IMG/VR virus record: IMGVR_UViG_3300019765_000007
Location: 1-42,465 of that record
Strand: one strand, 5' to 3'
Length of the DNA: 42,465 bases
Source: a virus
Lineage: Duplodnaviria; Caudoviricetes
Both the position numbers and the translations under genes were made by a program. The notes below the pieces were generated by a model. It did not search any database and was not told the DNA's origin. It saw nothing but the letters and a program-made list of their open reading frames with translations. Within the stretch, counting starts at the first letter, position 1; every line of letters begins with the position of its first letter. Positions 19,275 through 27,166 of this stretch are shown one piece after another.

Positions 19275-19708
19275 GACTGATAAATCCATGTTGTGTTGTG
19301 GATGATGATTTGCGGTACCAGACCAGCGGTTTTTCTCATCTGAATTTCGATAGTGACATCTGTGAGATTTGGCAGTGGTGTTAGTGTTCTTTGCCACTCG
19401 ATACCGTAAATTCCGTTTACTGTTTGCGAATCTTCGCTGATAAAATAAATCTCGCCCACATGAGAGGGGTCAGGCCCAGCATAAACACCTCTAACTTGAA
19501 CCGTGGTCAAGCCTGCTAATCCTGATTTCGTATAACAAGTTTTTACAAAGTTAAACGAATTTTTGACGCCATCGTGGCTAAACACTCCAAGCTCAAGCCA
19601 ATCATTACCAATTACTTCTTTTGAGCGAACGCTTGTATGGTCTGTGTTGGGTGGCTGATAGCCATATCCCATGCATGGCACGCCCATATTAAATACCCCA
19701 CTTGTCAA
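19271..19708 (-). CDS. Hypothetical beta-rich protein
   Basis: Tightly packed in operon. Confidence 0.65.
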   Translation of the reverse strand: MTSGVFNMGVPCMGYGYQPPNTDHTSVRSKEVIGNDWLELGVFSHDGVKNSFNFVKTCYTKSGLAGLTTVQVRGVYAGPDPSHVGEIYFISEDSQTVNGIYGIEWQRTLTPLPNLTDVTIEIQMRKTAGLVPQIIIHNTTWIYQS

Positions 19709-20027
19709 AACGTAGCTTGTACTTGTAACCAGGGTTTAGGCCAGTGACAGCGATTTTAAAATCAATGACTATGCCAAGCTCGGGTTTCCACGATCTATCC
19801 CCGGCAGCAAGGTCTAGCGTGTCAGCAAAGGGAATGTATTTATCGGCATCACCAACGCGTGCTTCTCCGCTCATAACGCCGGTAACGTCAGTTACTGGGA
19901 CTTCGTTTTCATCGTAGAAATTAACGCTAATGTGGGTCCAGGGCTGCGTTGTAGCGTTACCCATTAATACTGGCGTGTTGTTGTCTGCCTCGGTTCTAAA
20001 ACCTACTGTTCGTATGACTGTTGACAT
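19689..20027 (-). CDS. Hypothetical beta-rich protein (possible virion accessory)
   Basis: GAGG SD upstream; 112 aa. Confidence 0.65.
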   Translation of the reverse strand: MSTVIRTVGFRTEADNNTPVLMGNATTQPWTHISVNFYDENEVPVTDVTGVMSGEARVGDADKYIPFADTLDLAAGDRSWKPELGIVIDFKIAVTGLNPGYKYKLRFDKWGI

Positions 20028-20054
20028 GATAAAAACCTCAAGTGAGAGATTTAA

Positions 20055-20402
20055 TTATACCATGTTTTGACTATTTTTTACCTTTGATTCCATTTCTTTT
20101 TTGTCGCGCTCTTGCTTTAGTATTTCTATTTCTATGTTAAGTTTTTCTTCTGTTAATTTTAGATTACGTTTTTCAATAATGTGACGGCGCCACTGCATAA
20201 AAGAGAGTGCCAGAGCTGTGATAATACCTACCAGGCTTGCTATTGTGCCAATGTTCTCAGCGATAAAATCTTGCATTGTTGCAACCCCTATAATAGCAAC
20301 CCCTGTACTCACTACCTGAGACGATCTAGGGTCATTTACTACGGCTGTTACAATGTCCTTTACCGTGCTTAATGCAATCTCTTTTGCGGCGTAAGCGCTC
20401 AT
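20055..20402 (-). CDS. Holin-like membrane protein
   Basis: One to two hydrophobic segments, then WRR and a highly charged coiled-coil-like tail. Confidence 0.55.
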   Translation of the reverse strand: MSAYAAKEIALSTVKDIVTAVVNDPRSSQVVSTGVAIIGVATMQDFIAENIGTIASLVGIITALALSFMQWRRHIIEKRNLKLTEEKLNIEIEILKQERDKKEMESKVKNSQNMV

Positions 20403-20944
20403 TTTTGTGTCTCAAATAGGTTTCTAATGTGGTGGAAGTAGCTTTCAAAAAAATTAATACGAAAAACAAAATAGCTATCACTCTGTGGTCTGTTAAGGTT
20501 TCCACGCCTGGCCCTATCCCCTGTTAAATTGGGGCGCGATATGATTGCAATGATGATAGCTATCAAAACGTGGTAGGCATTATAAAAAGTCAAGCTTTGA
20601 TAACTGATCCACATATGATAGCCGAACGCATGAGAGAAACAACTAGTTAACGTCAAAACCTGTATGATTACTTGTTTTTTTGATACTGGCCTTATTGCAG
20701 ATATGAGAATGATAATTAGTAAATCGAATAATGCTGAAGACAGGTAATATAATGCTTGGCGGTCGAATATCACAAATGTGATTAATATGTGATGAAGTAT
20801 TGAAAGGTAAGCGTAAACGGCTGATGCTCTAATGTAAGACGTTTTAGACTGCGCTGCAACGAACAGCGCAATCATAAACCAAAAATAAACTACCACAGTT
20901 ATTGGGGAGGCTTTATTGGGGAGGCTTGGGGCGCTTCTTGCCAT
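20399..20944 (-). CDS. Multi-pass (about 5 TM) membrane protein; true start probably ~50-70 nt downstream
   Basis: Five hydrophobic stretches; ATGA overlap with the holin-like gene. Confidence 0.7.
   Translation of the reverse strand: MARSAPSLPNKASPITVVVYFWFMIALFVAAQSKTSYIRASAVYAYLSILHHILITFVIFDRQALYYLSSALFDLLIIILISAIRPVSKKQVIIQVLTLTSCFSHAFGYHMWISYQSLTFYNAYHVLIAIIIAIISRPNLTGDRARRGNLNRPQSDSYFVFRINFFESYFHHIRNLFETQK
20900..20927. repeat. 14-bp tandem duplication
   Basis: TATTGGGGAGGCTT x2. Confidence 0.9.
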
Positions 20945-21092
20945 CGCCGCCTGCTTCTTGTTGGTCGTCTACTGGAACAGGCACTGGGTCTGCTGTTTCT
21001 TCAAGCGTTGATGGTCCTGAAGGCTCAGACGCTGAATTAAATTGAGGAGGATCAATCGGTTCGCTAATTGGGTTAATTTTTAGTGTTGGCAT
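20913..21092 (-). CDS. 59-aa Pro/acidic peptide ending GGDGKKRPKPPQ
   Basis: Not in the ORF track; AGAGGA SD; fills the gap between 20944 and 21126. Confidence 0.7.
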   Translation of the reverse strand: MPTLKINPISEPIDPPQFNSASEPSGPSTLEETADPVPVPVDDQQEAGGDGKKRPKPPQ

Positions 21093-21125
21093 TTCATTTC
21101 CTCTTTTGTAAAAAAAGTAAAAATG

Positions 21126-21371
21126 TTATTTTAATACATAATGCTGATACATTAAATCAATTTTATTAAATGATTCATTAAGAAAACTGATCAACAACTC
21201 TTCCATAATGACAGGCTTGTCTCTTGGGTGAAGCGTTGTGAGATAAACACCCGTGTTATTGCATTGAATCGTTATCTGATAAAATTCATCATCTTCAGCG
21301 TATGATTCAATAGTAACAGAAAAATCATGCTTAGAAAAATATTCACTTAACTGATCAAATAATTCTTTCAT
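21126..21371 (-). CDS. Hypothetical protein
   Basis: TAATG coupling to the M23 gene. Confidence 0.65.
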   Translation of the reverse strand: MKELFDQLSEYFSKHDFSVTIESYAEDDEFYQITIQCNNTGVYLTTLHPRDKPVIMEELLISFLNESFNKIDLMYQHYVLK

Positions 21372-21835
21372 TACTTATTCCATTTTAAATAATTTTCTCT
21401 GCCGAGATGATAGAATGGAGTAGGATCAATGTAATCCTTGATTCTTTCTTTACTGTACATTTCTAAATGTATGTGATTTTGCATTGGCTTGCTGTCGTCA
21501 GGATAACGCGATGAAATATCTTGAACTATTGCAAATAATTCGCCCTCTTTTACAAAATAACCTAATTCAACATTAGGTATATTTTCAACGTAAAAAAAAC
21601 GAAAAACATAGGAATGGTTATCTTCTATTTCAACATAACGGTAATGAGTATCACCAAAATAAGGATATCCAATTTTAGTTATCTTGCCCGAAATAGGAGA
21701 CTCTATCATGGTTCCAGGATTACATTTTAGATCTATTCCTTTGTGATATCTAGTGCCACGCCTGGCCATAAAATGCCCGTCACCAGCCTTGTCCGATCTA
21801 ATCGGCATTGAAAATATGCTAGTCATCGATGTCAC
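21371..21835 (-). CDS. M23-family zinc peptidase-like protein, candidate endolysin
   Basis: HKGID (HxxxD), HIH (HxH) and C-terminal IDP. Confidence 0.85.
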   Translation of the reverse strand: MTSMTSIFSMPIRSDKAGDGHFMARRGTRYHKGIDLKCNPGTMIESPISGKITKIGYPYFGDTHYRYVEIEDNHSYVFRFFYVENIPNVELGYFVKEGELFAIVQDISSRYPDDSKPMQNHIHLEMYSKERIKDYIDPTPFYHLGRENYLKWNK

Positions 21836-22019
21836 CTTGATTGCTTGTTATTAATAATAACAATGTTTTTGCTAATAATTTAGCATCAACTATTGATTCA
21901 ATAATAATAGTGTCGGATTCTTGATTTATATAAACTTCCCCTTCCTTTCCCACTTTTATTTCCACTGCCATGCTTGGACGGCCAGGGTCAAAATTTAATT
22001 TCATGATTGGATTATTCAT
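21819..22019 (-). CDS. Hypothetical protein, 66 aa (MNNPIMK...)
   Basis: AGGGG SD; resembles upstream neighbour. Confidence 0.65.
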   Translation of the reverse strand: MNNPIMKLNFDPGRPSMAVEIKVGKEGEVYINQESDTIIIESIVDAKLLAKTLLLLITSNQGDIDD

Positions 22020-22200
22020 TGCTAGACCCCTTGATATTTTCTGCAATTGATAAAAGCTCTTCAACAAAAACATCTATATCTATTATATCAGACATATAAA
22101 TTGAATTGCTTGCTTGCTTTATTTCTATATATCCATTGTTTGATTTTATTTCTATTTCTCCATCATTACTATTTGATAGTGTAACGCCTATTCTATGCAT
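22012..22200 (-). CDS. Hypothetical protein, 62 aa (MHRIGV...)
   Basis: Strong GAGGAGG SD; start corrected so it does not overlap the tRNA. Confidence 0.7.
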   Translation of the reverse strand: MHRIGVTLSNSNDGEIEIKSNNGYIEIKQASNSIYMSDIIDIDVFVEELLSIAENIKGSSNE

Positions 22201-22218
22201 CTTTCCTCCTCTTTTGAT

Positions 22219-22293
22219 TGGTGCGCGTGAAAGGAATCGAACCTGAATCATCTCGATTATGAGTCGAGCGCTTTACCTTTAAGCTACACGCGC
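22219..22293 (-). tRNA. tRNA with CAU anticodon (probably Ile2, alternatively elongator Met)
   Basis: GCGCGTG/CACGCGC acceptor stem, GCTT/AAGC D stem, CTCGA-CTCATAA-TCGAG anticodon arm, TTCGATT T loop, encoded ACCA. Confidence 0.9.
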
Positions 22294-22298
22294 ATTTT

Positions 22299-22862
22299 TT
22301 AAGCTTTTTTACCGTGTTTTTTTGCCCTGTTTTCTCTTTTGTGGTCTTCCCTTGTTTTGTTGTATTCTATTTTTTCTTTCATTGCTGACATAATGTCATA
22401 GCCTAGTTTTATCGATAAAACGATTATTTCGCTTATTAGCGCGCTATAATAAATGGTTCTTGTAACTCTATCACTTGGATAGAGATTAAACATAACAACA
22501 AATTGTACTAAGTAAAAATGCTCACCAATAACGCCATTAACGTCTATATCTTCTTTCGTGACATCATTAGGATTATCCAATAAATGACCAACAGAATAAT
22601 TTAGACATTCTTTACCGCCATAATCTAAAACTCTTATAAGCGCATCAGCAAGTTCAACCTCCCCCATTTTTCTATACGGCAAATGGTTATCCATTAAATC
22701 TTTTCTTTCTCCTTCTGTTGCTTCTGCTATTTCGGTTACAACCAACATCAAGACCGATTCTTCTGATCTTGCGTTATCCCACCAGCCAATCTCCTTATTT
22801 TGTTTATATATTTCTCTTGATAGCTTATTTATTTCTATTTCTAACTCTTCACCGTAAATCAT
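22299..22862 (-). CDS. MazG-like nucleotide pyrophosphohydrolase
   Basis: EIAEATEG.RK, EVELAD..IR and EK..YN..R motifs. Confidence 0.8.
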   Translation of the reverse strand: MIYGEELEIEINKLSREIYKQNKEIGWWDNARSEESVLMLVVTEIAEATEGERKDLMDNHLPYRKMGEVELADALIRVLDYGGKECLNYSVGHLLDNPNDVTKEDIDVNGVIGEHFYLVQFVVMFNLYPSDRVTRTIYYSALISEIIVLSIKLGYDIMSAMKEKIEYNKTREDHKRENRAKKHGKKA

Positions 22863-23082
22863 TAATCACCTTTTTTAATAAATTTTTAACGCTATCGGAA
22901 GTAGCAATGGTTTTTGATGTAACCCTATCATAGCAAATCCATCGCTGATTACTCACCATGCCTTTCATTTTTGTTATTGCCATTTTTTCTGGCAAACTAT
23001 TCATTAAATCTTCCAGTGTATCACCAGTGCTAGATACATTTACTTTATTTTCTTTTTTATTTTGAGATTCAAAAAAATTCAT
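22849..23082 (-). CDS. Hypothetical protein
   Basis: AGGAGG SD; overlaps both neighbours. Confidence 0.65.
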   Translation of the reverse strand: MNFFESQNKKENKVNVSSTGDTLEDLMNSLPEKMAITKMKGMVSNQRWICYDRVTSKTIATSDSVKNLLKKVINDLR

Positions 23083-24932
23083 TTTGGTATAATCCTCCTT
23101 AGCGTTGATGTATAAGAAGTGTCAATTGGATGGCAAAATAAATCTTTACCCTTTACATACATGTTCCTTGATTCTAGTTCTTTTTTTGTTGGGATCTCTG
23201 GCGGCTCAGCATAAACCATTACTTGGTCATTCCATTTTTTAAATGCATATTTTGCCTTTGAATCAATGATATAATACTCACCAAACAAACACGCTAACAC
23301 ATACGACTGACTATCAATATATGTCGATATGTATGTGTTTTTTGTTCCATTTCTTATTTCTGCAATTTTGTTTCCGTCTTTTTCACTTACTTCATGAAAT
23401 AATTTAGGATATCTTGTATTAAGATTTTCAATAATATCATTAGTTAAACTATAGAATTTAAATTCAACCATTTTAACACCATCAATGACTTCTTTTATTT
23501 CTGCTTTTACAGCGTTTTCAGTGATTTCTTCTAATTCGTCAACTAAGATATCTGGATCATCATTGATATCTGCCTCACATTCTTCCTTTTCTTTGGCTTC
23601 ACGCTCAATGCGATGTAGCTCAGCATTAAGTCTATCATCTTCGTACTTCTTGTGATCGGAAATGCGTGACTTAACGATTGCCTGGAATGGATCAGATTCT
23701 TGGTTAACTAACTGCTGAGCATCATTGAATAGGAATTTGTATTCTTCAGCGTTATCTCGAAGATATTTGAGGTTATGAACAGCACGATCAATCACTTGAT
23801 TGATTTCAATCTTCCATTTAGCGAGTTCTTCGCTTACCGCATTGGCCAGGCTTTCAATAGTGCGCTTGTTCTTCATTGCGCCAGTCCAATCAGGCTTAAC
23901 ATTGATAATGCTTTGCACATACATCGGCGCAATCTTGGCATTGCACTCAACAAGGTGAATCTCTAAATCTCTTGCGGCATCTTCAATAATTGCCTGCTTT
24001 TTATCTTCTTTAGCCTTCTTCACCTGCTTCTCACCATGGCTTTGCATCTTCTGAAGTACGCCATCCATTTCCTGAGCAACTTCTTCAAACTGAGAGTAAC
24101 TAACGAACTCTCCGCGAACCTTGGCAATCATATCCTTCAGGCTGGCGCGAGCTTTTTTAACATCCTTGTTTAGCTTGTCTTTATCTGCAAAATCTTGGTC
24201 TGTTTCAAGCTTCTTATTCATTTCAGTTTCAGCAAGTTCTTTGACCACCTGAAGACAACTTAAGATATTGGTGATGATCTCAGTACCAATTACCTTGTAA
24301 GTTATTACAGGGAATGAGCATTGACCAGCAGTAACTTCTTGCTGCTTTTCTTCTGGCTTGTAATTTTTCATATCAGCTTCAAAAACCTCCCAGCCATCAA
24401 TAACTTTTTTCATTCGCTCAGGAACAGAAACATACTCAAAGTCATAGCTGTTCTCTTCTGTTCCGTCTGAAACACGGAAGTGACAGACTGAAGCGCCAGA
24501 TACGAAAAGCTGGTGCTCAACTTGAGGCCAATGCGTATCAGGAAGATCAGAGTTTGTTTCGATGTACTCAATCAACGATTGATTGAAAAGCTTGTGCTCA
24601 AATATCGCATCTTCAAGCATGGTCACGCCATCAAATGAAGCGGCAATAAGTTCCCAATCTTCACTGACAGCCGTTGCCGGGTAAAGCTCATCACCAATCA
24701 TTTCTTCAACCAGTGGGCGAGCAGCAGCTTCAGCAGCATGGCCCTTATCAAAAAGCGCCTGCTTGTGAGGGGTTATTTCTTCAAATACGCCTTCACATTT
24801 TTCAACAAGAAGCTGAGTACGACTTTTGTACTTTGAAAGCCCCATCATTGCAGAAGCATCAGAAGCGGTAAATTTTTCAGCTCGGAACTCATGCCATTCT
24901 TTACTACCTTGAACAAGTTTTACTATTTTCAT
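23079..24932 (-). CDS. YqaJ/lambda-exonuclease family protein with long helical extension
   Basis: QGS.EW...R...TAS, G...E, ASFDG, EHK and Q...QL.VSG motifs. Confidence 0.92.
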   Translation of the reverse strand: MKIVKLVQGSKEWHEFRAEKFTASDASAMMGLSKYKSRTQLLVEKCEGVFEEITPHKQALFDKGHAAEAAARPLVEEMIGDELYPATAVSEDWELIAASFDGVTMLEDAIFEHKLFNQSLIEYIETNSDLPDTHWPQVEHQLFVSGASVCHFRVSDGTEENSYDFEYVSVPERMKKVIDGWEVFEADMKNYKPEEKQQEVTAGQCSFPVITYKVIGTEIITNILSCLQVVKELAETEMNKKLETDQDFADKDKLNKDVKKARASLKDMIAKVRGEFVSYSQFEEVAQEMDGVLQKMQSHGEKQVKKAKEDKKQAIIEDAARDLEIHLVECNAKIAPMYVQSIINVKPDWTGAMKNKRTIESLANAVSEELAKWKIEINQVIDRAVHNLKYLRDNAEEYKFLFNDAQQLVNQESDPFQAIVKSRISDHKKYEDDRLNAELHRIEREAKEKEECEADINDDPDILVDELEEITENAVKAEIKEVIDGVKMVEFKFYSLTNDIIENLNTRYPKLFHEVSEKDGNKIAEIRNGTKNTYISTYIDSQSYVLACLFGEYYIIDSKAKYAFKKWNDQVMVYAEPPEIPTKKELESRNMYVKGKDLFCHPIDTSYTSTLRRIIPK

Positions 24933-25756
24933 TATTTTATACCTTCGATTTGGTTACGCTGATCATCAGTTAAAGTATGCCCTTTGCTTTCTAATTTATT
25001 GATCAGGTTTTCCTTTGTTATTTTCCCTGATTCAACACCTTTAAGCCACTTAGTCCAATTTTTAACAAAAGCACTATCTGGATAAAACTTAAAATCATGA
25101 AGCTGCTTGTTTTGTTCCTCTTGCTGCTTACTTTCCATATATGAAGGAATTCGACCATCAATATCTTCATCAGCAGTTGCAATGCCAAGCGCACCGGTAA
25201 TTGTGTAGCGTCGGAGATATGTGACTGTTGATGCAGTTGCTTGAATGTTGTTTTTATTTCCTGTTTGGTCGGCCACGGCAGAAAGCCGAACCCGCTCACT
25301 ATGCCCATTAACATGAGTGACAATACAAGTCACGCAGATTGAATGATCATCTTGCGATTGCTCCCACCGGACAGACAAACCATTTTTTTCCAAGAACGGT
25401 CGAATCTGAATCATAATGTCATCAAGTGGAGCGTACTTGTAAGCCGTAGGAGATACGCCGGGCTTTTTACTCTCGTAGTAAACTTTTTTCTTTTTCTCAA
25501 TAACTGGTATTTCAGACTGAAATGAAGCAAGAGCAATAAAGTAAGACTCTTTAGCCTGCTTAGCTTCCCATCGTTCTTGCAGTTCCATGAGCTTTTCAAG
25601 CTGCTCTACAGCTCCATTATTCTCAATAGCAATCTGCATTAGTTGCATTGGAATAATTGATTCTTGATTTTTTTGTACTTGCTGAGTACTTTTAATAATA
25701 TCTTTTTTATCTTTAATAATTATTTCCATATTATTTTCTTCAGTCATTTCTTGCAC
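24932..25756 (-). CDS. erf: ERF family ssDNA-annealing protein
   Basis: Y.YA.LDDI and Q...S..TY.RRY.....GI...EDIDG motifs; start may be 25747. Confidence 0.93.
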   Translation of the reverse strand: MQEMTEENNMEIIIKDKKDIIKSTQQVQKNQESIIPMQLMQIAIENNGAVEQLEKLMELQERWEAKQAKESYFIALASFQSEIPVIEKKKKVYYESKKPGVSPTAYKYAPLDDIMIQIRPFLEKNGLSVRWEQSQDDHSICVTCIVTHVNGHSERVRLSAVADQTGNKNNIQATASTVTYLRRYTITGALGIATADEDIDGRIPSYMESKQQEEQNKQLHDFKFYPDSAFVKNWTKWLKGVESGKITKENLINKLESKGHTLTDDQRNQIEGIK

Positions 25757-25886
25757 CTTTAGCTTTCATATAGTTTTTAAATATTCTTTGGCTCTCTATT
25801 TCTCTTTTTTTCTTCTTGTATGCCAAATAGCGTTTTTTATTGTCTTCTGACAGTGATTCAAAACAAAAACAATTAAACACGATCAT
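25740..25886 (-). CDS. Small basic hypothetical protein, 48 aa
   Basis: MIVFNCFCFESL...KGARND fills the gap and overlaps both neighbours. Confidence 0.5.
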   Translation of the reverse strand: MIVFNCFCFESLSEDNKKRYLAYKKKKREIESQRIFKNYMKAKGARND

Positions 25887-26208
25887 TGGGCCAAACCCCT
25901 GTTACTTCCTTGTGTGCTAAATCTCTCGCGCCATTTGTTAAAAGATCTTGCAGGCACATGAACGCTTCTATCATTTTATTGTTTTTTGTAGCCTTTGATA
26001 TTTTTATCAATGCTTTTTCTAAATCGTTAGGTGAATCACTTTTGTGCTGTAGATATTCTATAATATCCATCATGCCGGATTCTGTATCAAGCAACATGTC
26101 TTGATAATCTAAAATTTTAGATTGTTCTTCTTGTAGTGATCCTTCACTAAATAATTTGTTTTGTTTTTTTTCATAATCGCGCAATGCAATAACGTTAGAA
26201 TCACTCAT
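25873..26208 (-). CDS. Hypothetical helical protein
   Basis: 111-aa ORF in operon orientation. Confidence 0.65.
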   Translation of the reverse strand: MSDSNVIALRDYEKKQNKLFSEGSLQEEQSKILDYQDMLLDTESGMMDIIEYLQHKSDSPNDLEKALIKISKATKNNKMIEAFMCLQDLLTNGARDLAHKEVTGVWPNDRV

Positions 26209-26223
26209 TATTATCTATTCCAT

Positions 26224-26367
26224 CTATTTAGAATTAATCACACAAGAAACAACACCTTTAATTATACCACTTGGTGACTTTATTTTTACAAATGCACCAG
26301 GTAATACTTTTTTATAACGGCAATAGCCAATCTCTCCGCTAATTAAAATAACTAGATAATTTTCCAT
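26224..26367 (-). CDS. Small hypothetical protein, 47 aa
   Basis: MENYLVILISGEIGYCRYKK... fills the intergenic gap. Confidence 0.45.
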   Translation of the reverse strand: MENYLVILISGEIGYCRYKKVLPGAFVKIKSPSGIIKGVVSCVINSK

Positions 26368-26411
26368 TTTGGATAATCTCAATATTGAATTTCAGCTGCA
26401 TATATCTTAAA

Positions 26412-26427
26412 GGCCTCTTGGGAGGCC
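26412..26427 (-). terminator. GC hairpin after the Gly-repeat gene (weak terminator or stabiliser)
   Basis: GGCCTC-CCAA-GAGGCC followed by only TTT. Confidence 0.4.
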
Positions 26428-26440
26428 CTGATCTTCTATG

Positions 26441-26674
26441 CTAGCCGTAGCCGTAGCCGTTGCCGTTGCCGGTGCCGTTGCCGTCGCCGGTGCCGTTGCC
26501 GGTGCCGTTGCCGTAGCCGTTGCCGTTGCCGTTGCCGTTGCCGTCGCCGGTGCCGTTGCCGTTGCCGGTGCCGTTGCCGGTGCCGTTGCCGTAGCCGGTG
26601 CCGTTGCCGTAGCCGTAGCCGTAGCCGTTGCCGTAGCCGTCGCCGTATCTTAATTGTTTATTCAGCTTCGACAT
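26441..26674 (-). CDS. Gly-X dipeptide repeat protein (X = N/T/Y/D), 77 aa
   Basis: GAGGGG SD; all Gly codons are GGC, forming a 6-bp-period array. Confidence 0.7.
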   Translation of the reverse strand: MSKLNKQLRYGDGYGNGYGYGYGNGTGYGNGTGNGTGNGNGTGDGNGNGNGNGYGNGTGNGTGDGNGTGNGNGYGYG

Positions 26675-27014
26675 CGGGAGCCCCCTCTAAATCATTAATA
26701 CATTTTTTTGAAAGCTCTAATATTTCTATAGCTTCGAGCCAAATAGATTCTATTCTAGGGCATATTTTCGAAGTTCCTTTTATACCGTATTTCGCTACAC
26801 CACTTAGACTTATAGATTTGGCCGCCGACCAAAAATACATCCTCCTGGCATTTATCAAAATTACTTCTCTCCCTGATTTTTTTTTAAGCTCTCCATACCA
26901 CACTCCAGCGCTATAGGTTCTTATAATCACTTTCTTCCCAATAAATCCGCCAAAATTATCGTTTTGGTTTTCTAAAGTTTTTAAAAAATTTTCAATTTCG
27001 GAAATATTCATCAT
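26658..27014 (-). CDS. DUF6948-like protein with an Sm/LSm-like pattern
   Basis: IGKKVIIRTYSAGVWYGEL....EVIL.NARR..W...SLS.VA..G; AGGAG SD. Confidence 0.7.
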   Translation of the reverse strand: MMNISEIENFLKTLENQNDNFGGFIGKKVIIRTYSAGVWYGELKKKSGREVILINARRMYFWSAAKSISLSGVAKYGIKGTSKICPRIESIWLEAIEILELSKKCINDLEGAPDVEAE

Positions 27015-27096
27015 TTCTCCTAGATTAGTTTTTCACACATGATTTCTGCCATTTTTAGCGCTAGCTGTTTTCATTTGTCATCAATCGATGTAACAA

Positions 27097-27130
27097 ATTA
27101 TTTGACATTATTGCGTCATTGTCAAATACT
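27097..27130. promoter_or_regulatory. Overlapping divergent sigma70 promoters built on an inverted repeat
   Basis: + strand TTGACA-17-AATACT; - strand TTGACA-17-AATAAT; TATTTGACA-N12-TGTCAAATA. Confidence 0.8.
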
Positions 27131-27166
27131 TTTAGCTATGAGGTTTACATAGAGAATAACTAACAC

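Noticed and set aside
22201-22251. ORF-track start MIQVRF...
   Set aside because: It overlaps the tRNA; a strong SD supports the ATG at 22200.
22219-22293. tRNA as an attP or prophage boundary
   Set aside because: No integrase, no duplicated tRNA 3' end and no host genes in the window.
26444-26647. Repeat array as CRISPR or DGR element
   Set aside because: 6-bp coding periodicity without spacers; no cas or reverse transcriptase gene in the window.
26438-26653. Plus-strand Ala/Val repeat ORF
   Set aside because: Antisense shadow of the Gly-X gene; no SD and against operon direction.
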